Shown here in pieces: positions 48,656-58,100 of a DNA stretch of 64,000 bases. The stretch lies in the UHGV virus genome UHGV-1373362. One strand, 5' to 3'. How positions within the stretch are numbered: position 1 is the first letter of the stretch; each line of letters begins with the position of its first letter. Under the pieces are notes generated by a model. The model worked only from the letters and a program-made list of their open reading frames with translations, did no database searches and had not been told where the DNA came from. A program made the translations under genes and the position numbers. The stretch comes from a virus.

Positions 48656-50880
48656 TACATATTTTTAACTTCATCATTCATATTATTACCATCGAACAAT
48701 TGAGCATATTCAATATCCGTTCTCTTAGTATCGTTATCTGATTGAGTAGATTTAAAATCACGTTCTGTTTTAGCATTATACCAATTAATTTCAGCTTCGT
48801 TCTGTGCCTTCTCTCTTTCAATCTCAATCTTAGCTTCATTGAGGCTTTCAATTTTACTTTGAGCCTGTTGAAGCTGCTGCTGTAGTTGTTGGTTCTGCTG
48901 CTGTAGTTGCTCAAGTTGCTGTTGCATCTGTCCCATTTCATTAGTCTCCTTCTTCCTTTTAGCAAACGCTTTATGGACTTTGGATTTAAGTTCAGTAAGA
49001 CTTCTAGCAGCTAAAGCATCCACGATAGTGTCAGGTTCAAGTTGTCCACTCTTGATGAATTCTACAATAATCTGTTGAACATTTTGCATTTCCTTCATAA
49101 TCTTAGTACTAGGAACAATATGAATATCATAATCAGTATGTGTAAAATGTTCTGGTAATGCTGTGAACACTCTTTGCAATTTGTCTCCAAGTATAAGAGT
49201 TCCGGTTTTGCCTTTCTTCCATACTATCTTGGCAATATTTAAACAGTCACTCAATATATCAATAGATAGGGTATCCATCTGTTGATAGAATGGCTTAGTA
49301 ATAGTATAGGAGTTTCTAGCCCCAGCTTCTACATTACTAACAGCATCTTTCTGCTGAATACCATTAAGTCTTTCTCTAAATACCCCTGTTACAGAAGATG
49401 TTTGATCTTCTATTCTTTGTAATGCTAAGTCAAATGCTTGTATAGTTTGTACCTTGATAGTATCATCAAATCCGGCAAAGGAGGTATTGTTGTTAAAAGC
49501 TCTTCCCTCCTGGCTAGTATCAACTAAGGCCATACCCGTCTTTTTGAATGCCAGGAATTTTTGTAATCTTTCAGTTAAATCATCTCCTAATATAGTTGGA
49601 AGCATTGATATGTCTACCCAGTCCCCAGTAGATCCACTGTTAGCTAATATATTATCCCTAAAGTAGGTTACTAAATCATACTTATCCTGCAAGTGGGCAC
49701 ATTGTAAAACTAATGATTGTGGCACATTGTCTCTATTAGTGAGATACACTCCATTAACTGATAATCCACACTTAGTGGGTGCATCCTTGGTTCTAATTAC
49801 ATTCTTTGACTTACCTGTAAGAACATATATAGATTGACCTATCCTAACTCCCTCATACCTATTCTCTACATAATCCTCACCCTCTTTGTCAATATCTATC
49901 CACTCTACTTCAAACACTGGAAGAAGTTTGAAATTGAAGGATTCATAAGTATCAGCTGGAAATCCAGGTGTGATACCTTTACCTGCATCCAGTCCAGCAC
50001 CCTCTCCTGTATCAATGGGCCTACATCCCACTTGATTCTCCATAGCCCTAATATACATGTAGGAGCTATCATTGTAGTGCTCATACATATCCTCTAATTC
50101 GGTTTTGCCCTCATCACTAAGATTCTTACCGTACTCGTTAAGAATTTGATGTTTAGTCATCCATCTCCTATATACTACTCTGTAGCTATCTTTTACGTAT
50201 TGTGATTCAGGATTTCTATCAACAAATGTATTTAAGGGACTGAGTACATCAATGGTTATATTAGTCCCTTCAGGTGAGGGTTTAACCCTGTAATATGAAC
50301 TTCCTGTAACTAGTAGGTCTAATAAAAGAACCCTCAACTTATTAGCCAGATCAGTATTCCTAGATTGAATAACATATTCTAGAACATCCTGGGCTGCTCT
50401 CTCATAGTCACTAATAAAGTTCTCATTTATATCTTCAATTAACCGATCTATTTCTATTTCTATAGCGGCATCACTGACATTACCATTACCTATAAATGCT
50501 AGTATTTGATTATTGAGGTGCTTTTGTAAAAAAGAAAATACCTGTTGATTTATTTCTAATTCTTTTTGTCTAGTGATCTTACTAACAGTTTCCTTATCTT
50601 TGCAAGATACTTTTGGAATGATGGGAATGTCTAGGTATTCACCAATCAAGGCATCAATATGTTTCTTTATAAGAGGTGTAAACTCCATAGAAGTGGGATT
50701 TCCAATACCAAAGTTCTCTTCTAAGTAGCGGTACTGTTCAGCATCTCTCTTACAATTATAATAGTTGTATGCCTTCTGAAGTTTCCATTTATTAAAGACT
50801 AATTCATTTATAGCCTTATCTATCTTCTCTATCAAATACTCATCACTTCTCTTCTTTACATCCATCTTTAAAGTCTTCAT
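48655..50880 (-). CDS. Portal protein, putative.
   Basis: A 741-aa ORF immediately downstream of TerL, with a size typical of crAss-like portals. The C-terminus is a Q-rich coiled coil, and the ATG start was verified. Confidence 0.6.
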   Translation of the reverse strand: MKTLKMDVKKRSDEYLIEKIDKAINELVFNKWKLQKAYNYYNCKRDAEQYRYLEENFGIGNPTSMEFTPLIKKHIDALIGEYLDIPIIPKVSCKDKETVSKITRQKELEINQQVFSFLQKHLNNQILAFIGNGNVSDAAIEIEIDRLIEDINENFISDYERAAQDVLEYVIQSRNTDLANKLRVLLLDLLVTGSSYYRVKPSPEGTNITIDVLSPLNTFVDRNPESQYVKDSYRVVYRRWMTKHQILNEYGKNLSDEGKTELEDMYEHYNDSSYMYIRAMENQVGCRPIDTGEGAGLDAGKGITPGFPADTYESFNFKLLPVFEVEWIDIDKEGEDYVENRYEGVRIGQSIYVLTGKSKNVIRTKDAPTKCGLSVNGVYLTNRDNVPQSLVLQCAHLQDKYDLVTYFRDNILANSGSTGDWVDISMLPTILGDDLTERLQKFLAFKKTGMALVDTSQEGRAFNNNTSFAGFDDTIKVQTIQAFDLALQRIEDQTSSVTGVFRERLNGIQQKDAVSNVEAGARNSYTITKPFYQQMDTLSIDILSDCLNIAKIVWKKGKTGTLILGDKLQRVFTALPEHFTHTDYDIHIVPSTKIMKEMQNVQQIIVEFIKSGQLEPDTIVDALAARSLTELKSKVHKAFAKRKKETNEMGQMQQQLEQLQQQNQQLQQQLQQAQSKIESLNEAKIEIEREKAQNEAEINWYNAKTERDFKSTQSDNDTKRTDIEYAQLFDGNNMNDEVKNM

Positions 50881-51160
50881 ATAATTGTATGGCAGTGAAG
50901 TACTTAGTTCTAATAAGACTTCTTTCCATCAATTCCCTTTTAATAAACTGTATAAACTCTTCAGCTGAACCTTGGCAAGCTATTGATAGGGGTTTTTCAT
51001 CTTTATTCAAACCAATGTCTACCCTATATCCAATATGCTCAGGCTCCTCACCTGGGAACTCATAGGTAGTCTCTCGAACCTTTAAAACTCCTTGATATTC
51101 TGCACAGTAAAGCTCCTTAATTAAATCTCGGATTACTTGTTCTATATCCTGTGTCGTCAT
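50843..51160 (-). CDS. Small hypothetical protein, 105 aa, between TerL and portal.
   Basis: The ORF covers the 236-nt TerL-portal gap and overlaps both neighbours by about 40 nt. Confidence 0.4.
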   Translation of the reverse strand: MTTQDIEQVIRDLIKELYCAEYQGVLKVRETTYEFPGEEPEHIGYRVDIGLNKDEKPLSIACQGSAEEFIQFIKRELMERSLIRTKYFTAIQLYEDFKDGCKEEK

Positions 51161-53396
51161 AGTGTTGTGTAGGCCATAAGTTAAATTTAGGTACTATAGA
51201 TTGCTTCTCTGGGATAACACCTTTATGTCGTATTCCCCTTTCATCTACCCAGTATCCAAATAACTTCAATTTATTACCACCATTATCTACTTCCCTAGGC
51301 GGGATTCCACTTAGTTCCTCATCTCCCAACTCACACATACCCATTGCAGCTACAATATCAAATTTACCTTTATTTTCAAATGAGTAAGTAATTAATTCAC
51401 TTATCATAGGTTCATACCATATGTTTCTGCAATAGTCATTAATATAGGCATCAATAAGATCTAACTGGTGTTGAATTACGGCTTCAGTTGCAGGAGCACC
51501 AAATTGTTTACTTCGACCTGCTTGTATATCAGATTGTACGGCTCTGGGTCTCCTCATCAAAAATTGTTCCTCTTTCTTCTTAGTTCTAAACCAAGTAAGA
51601 ATACTAATACGAGTAGATTCCAAACAAGCCTTACAATTATAATATTCAAGTATTTTTAATGTAGTTCTATATGCCTCTTCTAAGTTATTAGGTCTATCCT
51701 TATAGATACAGACATACATTGGTTCACTCATACCAAAGCATCTTTTCTTTACTACTACACAGAAGTCAGATGGGTCTTTAGTATTACTAGAGGTATCATT
51801 CATACCCATATCAATGCCATCAATGCCTGCAACATATAGATTTCTAAAATCAACCCCATTTTCACTTTTAATAGGATGTTCTATAATAACAACCTTGCCT
51901 TTGGGATTAGGAATAAATCTTACCCCCCTTTTAGTCGATTCAGAATGTATGTTATCCTGAAATTCATATTCCAATTGCCCTACTTTAGGTATTAACTCCA
52001 CTGGTGTGGCTTTGTGTAATTTAATTGCAGCTAATTGCTCTGATAGTAATACTGTATTAAACTGATTATCTCCCTCTAGGGCTAATGCCTCTTCAGCTGT
52101 AAAACAATACTCAGCAGAATATAACATAAGACCTTTGGGATCTCCAGATTTCTTATCCCGCTCAGCTTGATAATATTCCCTACCTTTAACTGGATCAGTC
52201 CATCCTCTTTTATCAACATATCCTGCCTTAGTTACAATTGTGTATGATGGAATAAAGTATCCAGTAATAACTGGTAACCCATCTGCGGTATAATTGTGCC
52301 TATATGGTAAAGCATCGTATGTATTAGGATTATAATATGCATCAGACAGTCCCTCCAAGGCAGGCCCACTATCACCACCTGTACCCCAAGCACACTTAAT
52401 TCCAAATCGTTGTCCTTGAATATCGATAAGTGCATCACCCTGAATGAAAGCTTTCTTCCAATTGGGCCAAGATCCACTCTCTTCATATACTAAATAGTCA
52501 GTACGGTCACCTCTAATTTTATTAGGTTTATCGGCAACAATGCCTTCTATTTCAGACATCCAACCCCTCTCAATACCATCCGAACCTACACTGGATGCCT
52601 TCTTCCACATTGCGGTATTATGTTTCTGCCTTAGTTTCCTGAATCCATCCTCAGTTTCTTCATCTAGGTAGTTAAGTTGAGTCCAACATTTATCAAGTGT
52701 GGCTTCTACATATATCTGCTGCTGAGCTGCAATTACAGATCTAGTATTTGGCCTACTATTATATGTATTAACTGCTATAGCTGCACCAATTTCTGAGAAC
52801 CCCACACCTCTGGCTTTTAGCCCAATAGCATTTCTTCTAAGTACTTTGCACAGCTCTATGTAATGAAAATATTCATACTGCTTTACATAGAAGTTGGGGA
52901 AATCAATACCACGACCTCCACCAGCTTTACTAGCTGACGATAAGTTAGGTAATCTGTAATAGTTTAAAAAATAATAGTTATCACCTGTAATAGTGTAACC
53001 ATTAACAGTTAAACCGTTAGCACATCTATCATATTCTCTATCCCAAAACTCACAATAATCCTTACCCCCTGCATATGATGTACAGTATTTACCAGTAGAT
53101 TCTTTAGACCTTCTAACTTCTAAGAACCATTCTGGATCAAAGTCTAAACCATTAATTCCATCTATAGGTCTATAGCCAGTAAGCTCATATGATAGGGTAG
53201 AATCAAAGAAGTCAATAGGATCTCCTATCTTAACATCCCACTGTATATCAGAGATTCTACTTTTTATATCCTCTTTAACAGTAACTATATTATCAGTAAC
53301 GTACTCAGTAAGTTCATCATTGACAACTTTCTTAATTATTTTTTCTACAGTAGGAGATTCTTGTATTTGACTCTTGGGTTTGCGTCCTCTAGCCAT
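51117..53396 (-). CDS. terL: Terminase large subunit.
   Basis: The P-loop variant GLKARGVGFSE resembles the lambda gpA-like KSARVGYS motif. A Walker B-like YLVYEE follows. The C-terminal RNaseH-like nuclease shows VAGIDGIDMG and CVVVKK. The protein is 759 aa, adjacent to the portal, and its ATG start was verified. Confidence 0.8.
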   Translation of the reverse strand: MARGRKPKSQIQESPTVEKIIKKVVNDELTEYVTDNIVTVKEDIKSRISDIQWDVKIGDPIDFFDSTLSYELTGYRPIDGINGLDFDPEWFLEVRRSKESTGKYCTSYAGGKDYCEFWDREYDRCANGLTVNGYTITGDNYYFLNYYRLPNLSSASKAGGGRGIDFPNFYVKQYEYFHYIELCKVLRRNAIGLKARGVGFSEIGAAIAVNTYNSRPNTRSVIAAQQQIYVEATLDKCWTQLNYLDEETEDGFRKLRQKHNTAMWKKASSVGSDGIERGWMSEIEGIVADKPNKIRGDRTDYLVYEESGSWPNWKKAFIQGDALIDIQGQRFGIKCAWGTGGDSGPALEGLSDAYYNPNTYDALPYRHNYTADGLPVITGYFIPSYTIVTKAGYVDKRGWTDPVKGREYYQAERDKKSGDPKGLMLYSAEYCFTAEEALALEGDNQFNTVLLSEQLAAIKLHKATPVELIPKVGQLEYEFQDNIHSESTKRGVRFIPNPKGKVVIIEHPIKSENGVDFRNLYVAGIDGIDMGMNDTSSNTKDPSDFCVVVKKRCFGMSEPMYVCIYKDRPNNLEEAYRTTLKILEYYNCKACLESTRISILTWFRTKKKEEQFLMRRPRAVQSDIQAGRSKQFGAPATEAVIQHQLDLIDAYINDYCRNIWYEPMISELITYSFENKGKFDIVAAMGMCELGDEELSGIPPREVDNGGNKLKLFGYWVDERGIRHKGVIPEKQSIVPKFNLWPTQHYDDTGYRTSNPRFN

Positions 53397-53397
53397 A

Positions 53398-53988
53398 TCA
53401 TTTCTTTATCTTTGGTGTATAACCTTCTGTAGCACCTGCACGTAAACCAGAGGCAGCTTTTTGCTTCTTCTTAATACGGGCTTCTAAGGCATCTAACTCG
53501 TCTAATACTTTAGATATAGATGCCATTTCACCAATAACGTCTTTGGCTTTAAATATAGGTTTACCGGTAATTGGGTCACGCTCTTGTAGATCTGAACCCT
53601 CATTGAAATAATCAATAAGCTCATCAACCTTATTCTGAGCTGCTCTTACCAATTTAATATCACGTGCAGACTCCTGAATTTCTCTATACTTTCTACATGC
53701 CGCTCTAAAAGTAGGATCATTAAATTCCTCCTCAGTAATTCCACTATCCTGCTTAGCTGCCTCATTTCTTTCTGCCTCACTAAACTGGGAGTAATGAGAC
53801 TGCCAATCAATCATTAGATACATGTATGTAAACTCTTTGAATGCCCTTAACTTTTTGATACCCTTGGGGTCTTCTTTACAAATATTTCTCTTATTATCCA
53901 TTAATGCCGAGAACTCAGTAATTAGTAAGATCTCTGGCTCATTTAAAGTTAGAACATGAGAAACCTGATCATATAGAAATATTGTCAT
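53398..53988 (-). CDS. Hypothetical protein of 196 aa. A small terminase subunit is possible from position only.
   Basis: It sits immediately upstream of TerL, 1 nt from the TerL start, and has a helical, charged composition. Confidence 0.5.
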   Translation of the reverse strand: MTIFLYDQVSHVLTLNEPEILLITEFSALMDNKRNICKEDPKGIKKLRAFKEFTYMYLMIDWQSHYSQFSEAERNEAAKQDSGITEEEFNDPTFRAACRKYREIQESARDIKLVRAAQNKVDELIDYFNEGSDLQERDPITGKPIFKAKDVIGEMASISKVLDELDALEARIKKKQKAASGLRAGATEGYTPKIKK

Positions 53989-54006
53989 TATATTATGAAT
54001 TAATTA

Positions 54007-54612
54007 TTAACCCTTCTTCTGTGGTTTCTTTTGAAGTCTTTTAGGTACTGCCTTAGTTGGAGTTTTAGGTTTAGATTTAGGAGCTTCTTTTGGTTCCCAA
54101 CCATCATCGTGATGTCCAGAAGTTCTATTAAGTTCTGCTAATCGGTTATGTTGAGGGCTGTTTTGTTTAATCTTGCCAGCCTGATAATCCTTTATCAATC
54201 TAGCATGTTCTGCCTCATTATATGCTTTACCCCCATTTTGCTTCTTAGTAATTCTCTTCTTGGCTTTACCACCACACTTATCTTTAAACACTTCAGTAAC
54301 TCCACCTTGGGCTTTCTTTTTGCATTTAACACAGCCTCCAGCCATAAATTTCTCTACCTCGTAACCTTCAGGGCATTCTCCCCTTAAAGTTTGCAAGTAA
54401 TTTATCTTGGCTCCCAATGCTGCCATAGTAATCGTACCGTTCTCCATAGTTTTAAACTGTTTATAATATTGCTTTAAATCATTCTCTGATAACTTCGCCA
54501 CCTTATCTTCAAAGTCTTTTTGGCTGGTAGGCTGTAGTATATTAATAAGATAGGCAGTGAACGCTTTCTGTTCGTCGCTCATCTGCCCACCTTGTTGATA
54601 TATATTTACCAT
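54007..54612 (-). CDS. Hypothetical protein, 201 aa, with a Lys-rich C-terminus.
   Basis: An ORF with a C-terminal K/P-rich tail and a CxxC pair. Confidence 0.5.
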   Translation of the reverse strand: MVNIYQQGGQMSDEQKAFTAYLINILQPTSQKDFEDKVAKLSENDLKQYYKQFKTMENGTITMAALGAKINYLQTLRGECPEGYEVEKFMAGGCVKCKKKAQGGVTEVFKDKCGGKAKKRITKKQNGGKAYNEAEHARLIKDYQAGKIKQNSPQHNRLAELNRTSGHHDDGWEPKEAPKSKPKTPTKAVPKRLQKKPQKKG

Positions 54613-54854
54613 TTCTCTATTTTTATAAGATCCTTAGTATTGTAAATAGCTTCTTGAAGCACTCCCTCTGTAGAAAACCATCTACATCTTATACCTTTAA
54701 AGTAATCTTCAGACATATTAGGAACTCCCTCTGTCCTGTGAGTTCTAATAGTCATAGTTTCCTTCTTGACTACAATCATTACAGGTTTATGTGGTATGTC
54801 TTGTTTAAGAGTTACCACATCACCTGGCATAAAATAAATTTTCTCCTCCATCAT
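54606..54854 (-). CDS. Hypothetical protein, 82 aa.
   Basis: An ORF in the tiling. Confidence 0.4.
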   Translation of the reverse strand: MMEEKIYFMPGDVVTLKQDIPHKPVMIVVKKETMTIRTHRTEGVPNMSEDYFKGIRCRWFSTEGVLQEAIYNTKDLIKIEKW

Positions 54855-55402
54855 TCAATATTCTTAAAACGCTCTGTTAATCCTTCATTGATTACAGCTT
54901 GTATTTGTTGTTCTGCTACTACTTCAAATCCTTGTCTGAAGAATGGAACTGGAACCCCACTAACACGTCTGTAATAAATATCATCTCCCTCTTTAATGAA
55001 TTTACATAATGGACTTACTGCTATTACATTGGCAACTACAGATAAATTCTCCTCCTTATCATCCTCTCCAGAATCTGGATTTTTAAAATCACCAGTATAT
55101 TCTGGGATTATCAATCCACTATCAGTAACTTCAACTTTTTGGTAAGGATTCTTGGCATATGGTTTAACTAACACATAGTAATTAATCGGCATTATTTCCA
55201 TAGTGCTCATTTTGGTAGTTATCTCCTTAGCTCTCTCTAATTCTCCCTTGACCTTAGAATTAATTGCCTTAGTATAATTATCTATAGCTTGATTGTGTGC
55301 ATTAATTGCTTCTTTTCTTAAGGCCTCATCGATAGTATCTATGTTACCAAATGCTACAGCTTCTCCTCCATTAAACAAATCCATTCTTCCGTTATTTCTC
55401 AT
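54851..55402 (-). CDS. Hypothetical protein, 183 aa.
   Basis: An ORF in the tiling. Confidence 0.5.
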   Translation of the reverse strand: MRNNGRMDLFNGGEAVAFGNIDTIDEALRKEAINAHNQAIDNYTKAINSKVKGELERAKEITTKMSTMEIMPINYYVLVKPYAKNPYQKVEVTDSGLIIPEYTGDFKNPDSGEDDKEENLSVVANVIAVSPLCKFIKEGDDIYYRRVSGVPVPFFRQGFEVVAEQQIQAVINEGLTERFKNIE

Positions 55403-55422
55403 AATTCATTTATAATTTAAAA

Positions 55423-55695
55423 TTACCATTTTCCTATAGGACAGAACGCACCGGGCAATGTAGTTTTAGCCCTTAATCTACATCCACATCCATTTATATA
55501 ACCATCTTTTTTGGAATTACTAATATCTCCTGTTTCTGGGTTATACCATACCTTACTATTACATATTTCTCCCAGAACAACACTTCGTTTATATAATGGG
55601 CATGATCTACATACTTTGATGCGAGCTTCTGATATGTTTTTATTTAAGCCCAACATTTCATTAGTATGCCCATTTAGAATAGCCCCTAGACCCAT
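55423..55695 (-). CDS. Small Cys-rich, putatively zinc-binding protein, 90 aa.
   Basis: Cysteines occur in the pattern CRSCP...C...GCGC...CP. Confidence 0.45.
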   Translation of the reverse strand: MGLGAILNGHTNEMLGLNKNISEARIKVCRSCPLYKRSVVLGEICNSKVWYNPETGDISNSKKDGYINGCGCRLRAKTTLPGAFCPIGKW

Positions 55696-55762
55696 GAGTT
55701 CTCTAATTTAATTGATGCTAATATCTCAAATTTGAATTTGAAAGATACTCTAATAGGTACTG

Positions 55763-56680
55763 TTAGAACTTCACAGGTCTACGGCTTTCTTTTAATGCTT
55801 CAAGTCTAGACTGTTTCTTATAAAACTTACACATTCTTTCTACATCATCCTTTAGATAGTCAAGTTCATGTTCCGAAACTCTACCTTCATGATCGTAATG
55901 TATAAGCATTAGCTTTTTAATCACAAACTCTGGATTAAGTTTCTGAAGCATCCAAGCATACGTTGATAGCTGTAAGGCATAATGTACTTTATTACAATCC
56001 ATCAAGTTATTCATGGGATACTTCATCATTTGACACTTCTTTGTACGTGTATCAAAGTAAGATTTATCATCTAACTTCTTGTTAGTTTTATAATCTACAA
56101 TATAAATATCGTTACCATCCTTAATTAGTAAGTCAATCTGTCCCGCAAGTCTAAACTTACCATCATTAGATTTTCTATAAATCATATATTCAGGGAAAAT
56201 CCCCTTATCAATATCTAATAATTCTCTATTACTCTCAGTAAGAGATGCATTCGTATTTACTTCAAACTTACCTCCCAGTCCGAATTTTTTAGCATCACAA
56301 TATTTCTTGGAGGTATACTTACCTTCCAACTCTGCATGGATTTTTGATCCACGTTCACATGATTGAGCATTTGTCTTAGCCCACTCATCTAATATGTCTT
56401 GTTGAGCTTTATTAAACTGGTTTTCAGTTATATCATACATATCTAATATGTAAGGCAGATCAATCTTGTGTGTTTTCAGTAGTTGAGATTTCTCCATTTT
56501 AAATTCTTCTGGAGTTAATAATCTCTCTAAAGCTTTATATGCTGACCAAAACTCACTATCAAAATCTTGACAAAACTTACCTATTAGGGTAGTTACTGAT
56601 ACATATACTCCATTTTCATCCCAGTACGTATGTTTTTCATCATTGTAACAAACGTTCTGGTTCTGCTTGTCCACTTTCAT
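55763..56680 (-). CDS. PD-(D/E)xK nuclease of the RecB or Cas4-like family.
   Basis: GQIDLLIKDGNDIYIVDYKTNKK supplies the D...(D)xK core, followed by a QLSTYAWML QxxxY motif. Confidence 0.6.
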   Translation of the reverse strand: MKVDKQNQNVCYNDEKHTYWDENGVYVSVTTLIGKFCQDFDSEFWSAYKALERLLTPEEFKMEKSQLLKTHKIDLPYILDMYDITENQFNKAQQDILDEWAKTNAQSCERGSKIHAELEGKYTSKKYCDAKKFGLGGKFEVNTNASLTESNRELLDIDKGIFPEYMIYRKSNDGKFRLAGQIDLLIKDGNDIYIVDYKTNKKLDDKSYFDTRTKKCQMMKYPMNNLMDCNKVHYALQLSTYAWMLQKLNPEFVIKKLMLIHYDHEGRVSEHELDYLKDDVERMCKFYKKQSRLEALKESRRPVKF

Positions 56681-57374
56681 ATAACTTCTTAAATTTATTC
56701 TTTACTGAGTTGTAATCTAACCATGTAGATAAAGGTTGAATAGAAGGAGCAATTGTAGATTGATAGTACCCTAAGTGATATTCCTTCTTAGTGTGATAAA
56801 TAACAATTATCATACCAATAGGATCATTTATTCCAGTAATAGGATAAAATGCAGCAGAAACTGCATTGCTACGTTGTAATAAATCAACCAAATTAGGAAG
56901 AGTGCGAGCATATGCCCCAATACTATCCATTCTTAATGATTTGTTTCCGTTTATTCTTTCAATTTCTTCTCCATAGTTTATATATTCTAGCTCCTTCCAA
57001 ATTCTCAAACACTTCTTAGTATCCATTCCTCTTGTCTTCTCTGTTAATGCTGTAAGATACCTATAGGATAATCCATGAGTACTTGTAAGAGTATTATGAT
57101 AATTTAGTAGAATGATATTTGAAGCTTCCTTGTCTCGTGCCAATATAAGTTCGACTTGTTCATTTAGTGCAGGAGCTATAATCTTTGTATATTCTTCGGC
57201 AAGCTGCTTATCGTGCTGTGTTTGTTCAGTATAATCTCGTAGGATAAATTTTGTATGACCTTTAAAACTTGTGTCTATAACTATCACGGCTAAAATTATA
57301 ATTATGATAGTCTTTATATTTGGACCCAAGTTGTTGATCCAACCATAGATGGCTTCTAGTCTACTTAGTGACAT
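56640..57374 (-). CDS. Hypothetical membrane-anchored protein, 244 aa, the first gene of the minus-strand block.
   Basis: ATG at 57374-57372. An N-terminal hydrophobic helix reads IKTIIIIILAVIVI. Confidence 0.5.
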   Translation of the reverse strand: MSLSRLEAIYGWINNLGPNIKTIIIIILAVIVIDTSFKGHTKFILRDYTEQTQHDKQLAEEYTKIIAPALNEQVELILARDKEASNIILLNYHNTLTSTHGLSYRYLTALTEKTRGMDTKKCLRIWKELEYINYGEEIERINGNKSLRMDSIGAYARTLPNLVDLLQRSNAVSAAFYPITGINDPIGMIIVIYHTKKEYHLGYYQSTIAPSIQPLSTWLDYNSVKNKFKKLYESGQAEPERLLQ

Positions 57375-57535
57375 TAATCTTTCTTGTTTTAATTACTTAT
57401 TATTATATAACTTGGAAATTAACTTGTACTCATACTCATTACTTCATTACTATAATTTACCCTTATTTGTTTGATAATGTGCAAATTTAACCCTAATTTT
57501 GTAAATAAAAAAATGAAATACTAATTTATTTAATT
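57375..57535. promoter_or_regulatory. Divergent intergenic region carrying Bacteroidetes-type promoters for both strands.
   Basis: On the plus strand, TTTG (57470-57473) is followed after 20 nt by TAATTTTG (57494-57501), and the first ATG is 34 nt further on. On the minus strand a TAAATTTG reads from 57489 to 57482. The region is AT-rich. Confidence 0.45.
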
Positions 57536-57835
57536 ATGAAACTAAATCAGGAGGAATTAAGAACAATGTACACCTCTTTAGACGAAATGTTTAGAAAGGC
57601 AAATTTAGATAACATTCCCATGTTCAAACGAGGAAGTAAGCTAATGCCAAGATGCAAGAATGGAAGTGGAATTCATATTAAGAAAGAAAATAGAGGTAAG
57701 TTTACAGCATCAGCTAAAAAAGCCGGACAGAGTGTACAAGAACATGCTAAGTCTGTACTTAATAATCCCAATGCTACTCCTTTGCAAAAGAAGAGGGCTA
57801 ACTTCGCACGAAATGCTGCTAAATGGCATCATTAA
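57536..57835 (+). CDS. Hypothetical basic protein, 99 aa.
   Basis: The first plus-strand ORF after the divergent region. An internal AGGAGG lies 11 nt before Met11 (57566), so 57566 is an alternative start. Confidence 0.45.
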   Translation: MKLNQEELRTMYTSLDEMFRKANLDNIPMFKRGSKLMPRCKNGSGIHIKKENRGKFTASAKKAGQSVQEHAKSVLNNPNATPLQKKRANFARNAAKWHH

Positions 57836-57845
57836 TCAGTAAAAT

Positions 57846-58100
57846 ATGTCTACAGAGGGGAAAAGCATTAATAAGCAATTACTAAGAGAATATAAAACTA
57901 AATGTTGCATATGTGGAGAAACTACGTATTGTTGCTTAGAGTTACATCATATCAAAGACAAACTTTATAATATATCTCAAGCAGTTAAAACACTCCCAAC
58001 ACCTCTATTTATTAAGGAGATACATAAATGTATTGTAGTATGTTCTAATTGTCATAAAAAGCTACATAATAATATAATTAGATATGAAAATAATACCTAA
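57846..58100 (+). CDS. HNH endonuclease-like small protein.
   Basis: CCICGETTYCCLELHHIKD...N...VCSNCHKKLH matches the HNH ββα-metal motif of CxxC, HH, N and CxxCH. Confidence 0.55.
   Translation: MSTEGKSINKQLLREYKTKCCICGETTYCCLELHHIKDKLYNISQAVKTLPTPLFIKEIHKCIVVCSNCHKKLHNNIIRYENNT

Noticed and set aside
48678-48965. A minus-strand ORF of 95 aa overlapping the portal C-terminus in another frame.
   Set aside because: It lies entirely inside the portal's Q/L-rich coiled-coil coding region. It is an alternative-frame artefact of the repetitive CAG/CTG codons, with no start context.
53398-53988. Small terminase assignment for the gene upstream of TerL.
   Set aside because: It is kept only as a low-confidence positional guess. 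No recognisable TerS DNA-binding or oligomerisation motif was seen.
57536-57566. AGGAGG Shine-Dalgarno-like hexamer inside ORF 57536-57835, suggesting a start at 57566.
   Set aside because: Other genes in the window have AT-rich leaders without SD, consistent with Bacteroidota-type initiation. The hexamer may be coincidental, so the longer ORF is kept and the alternative is noted.
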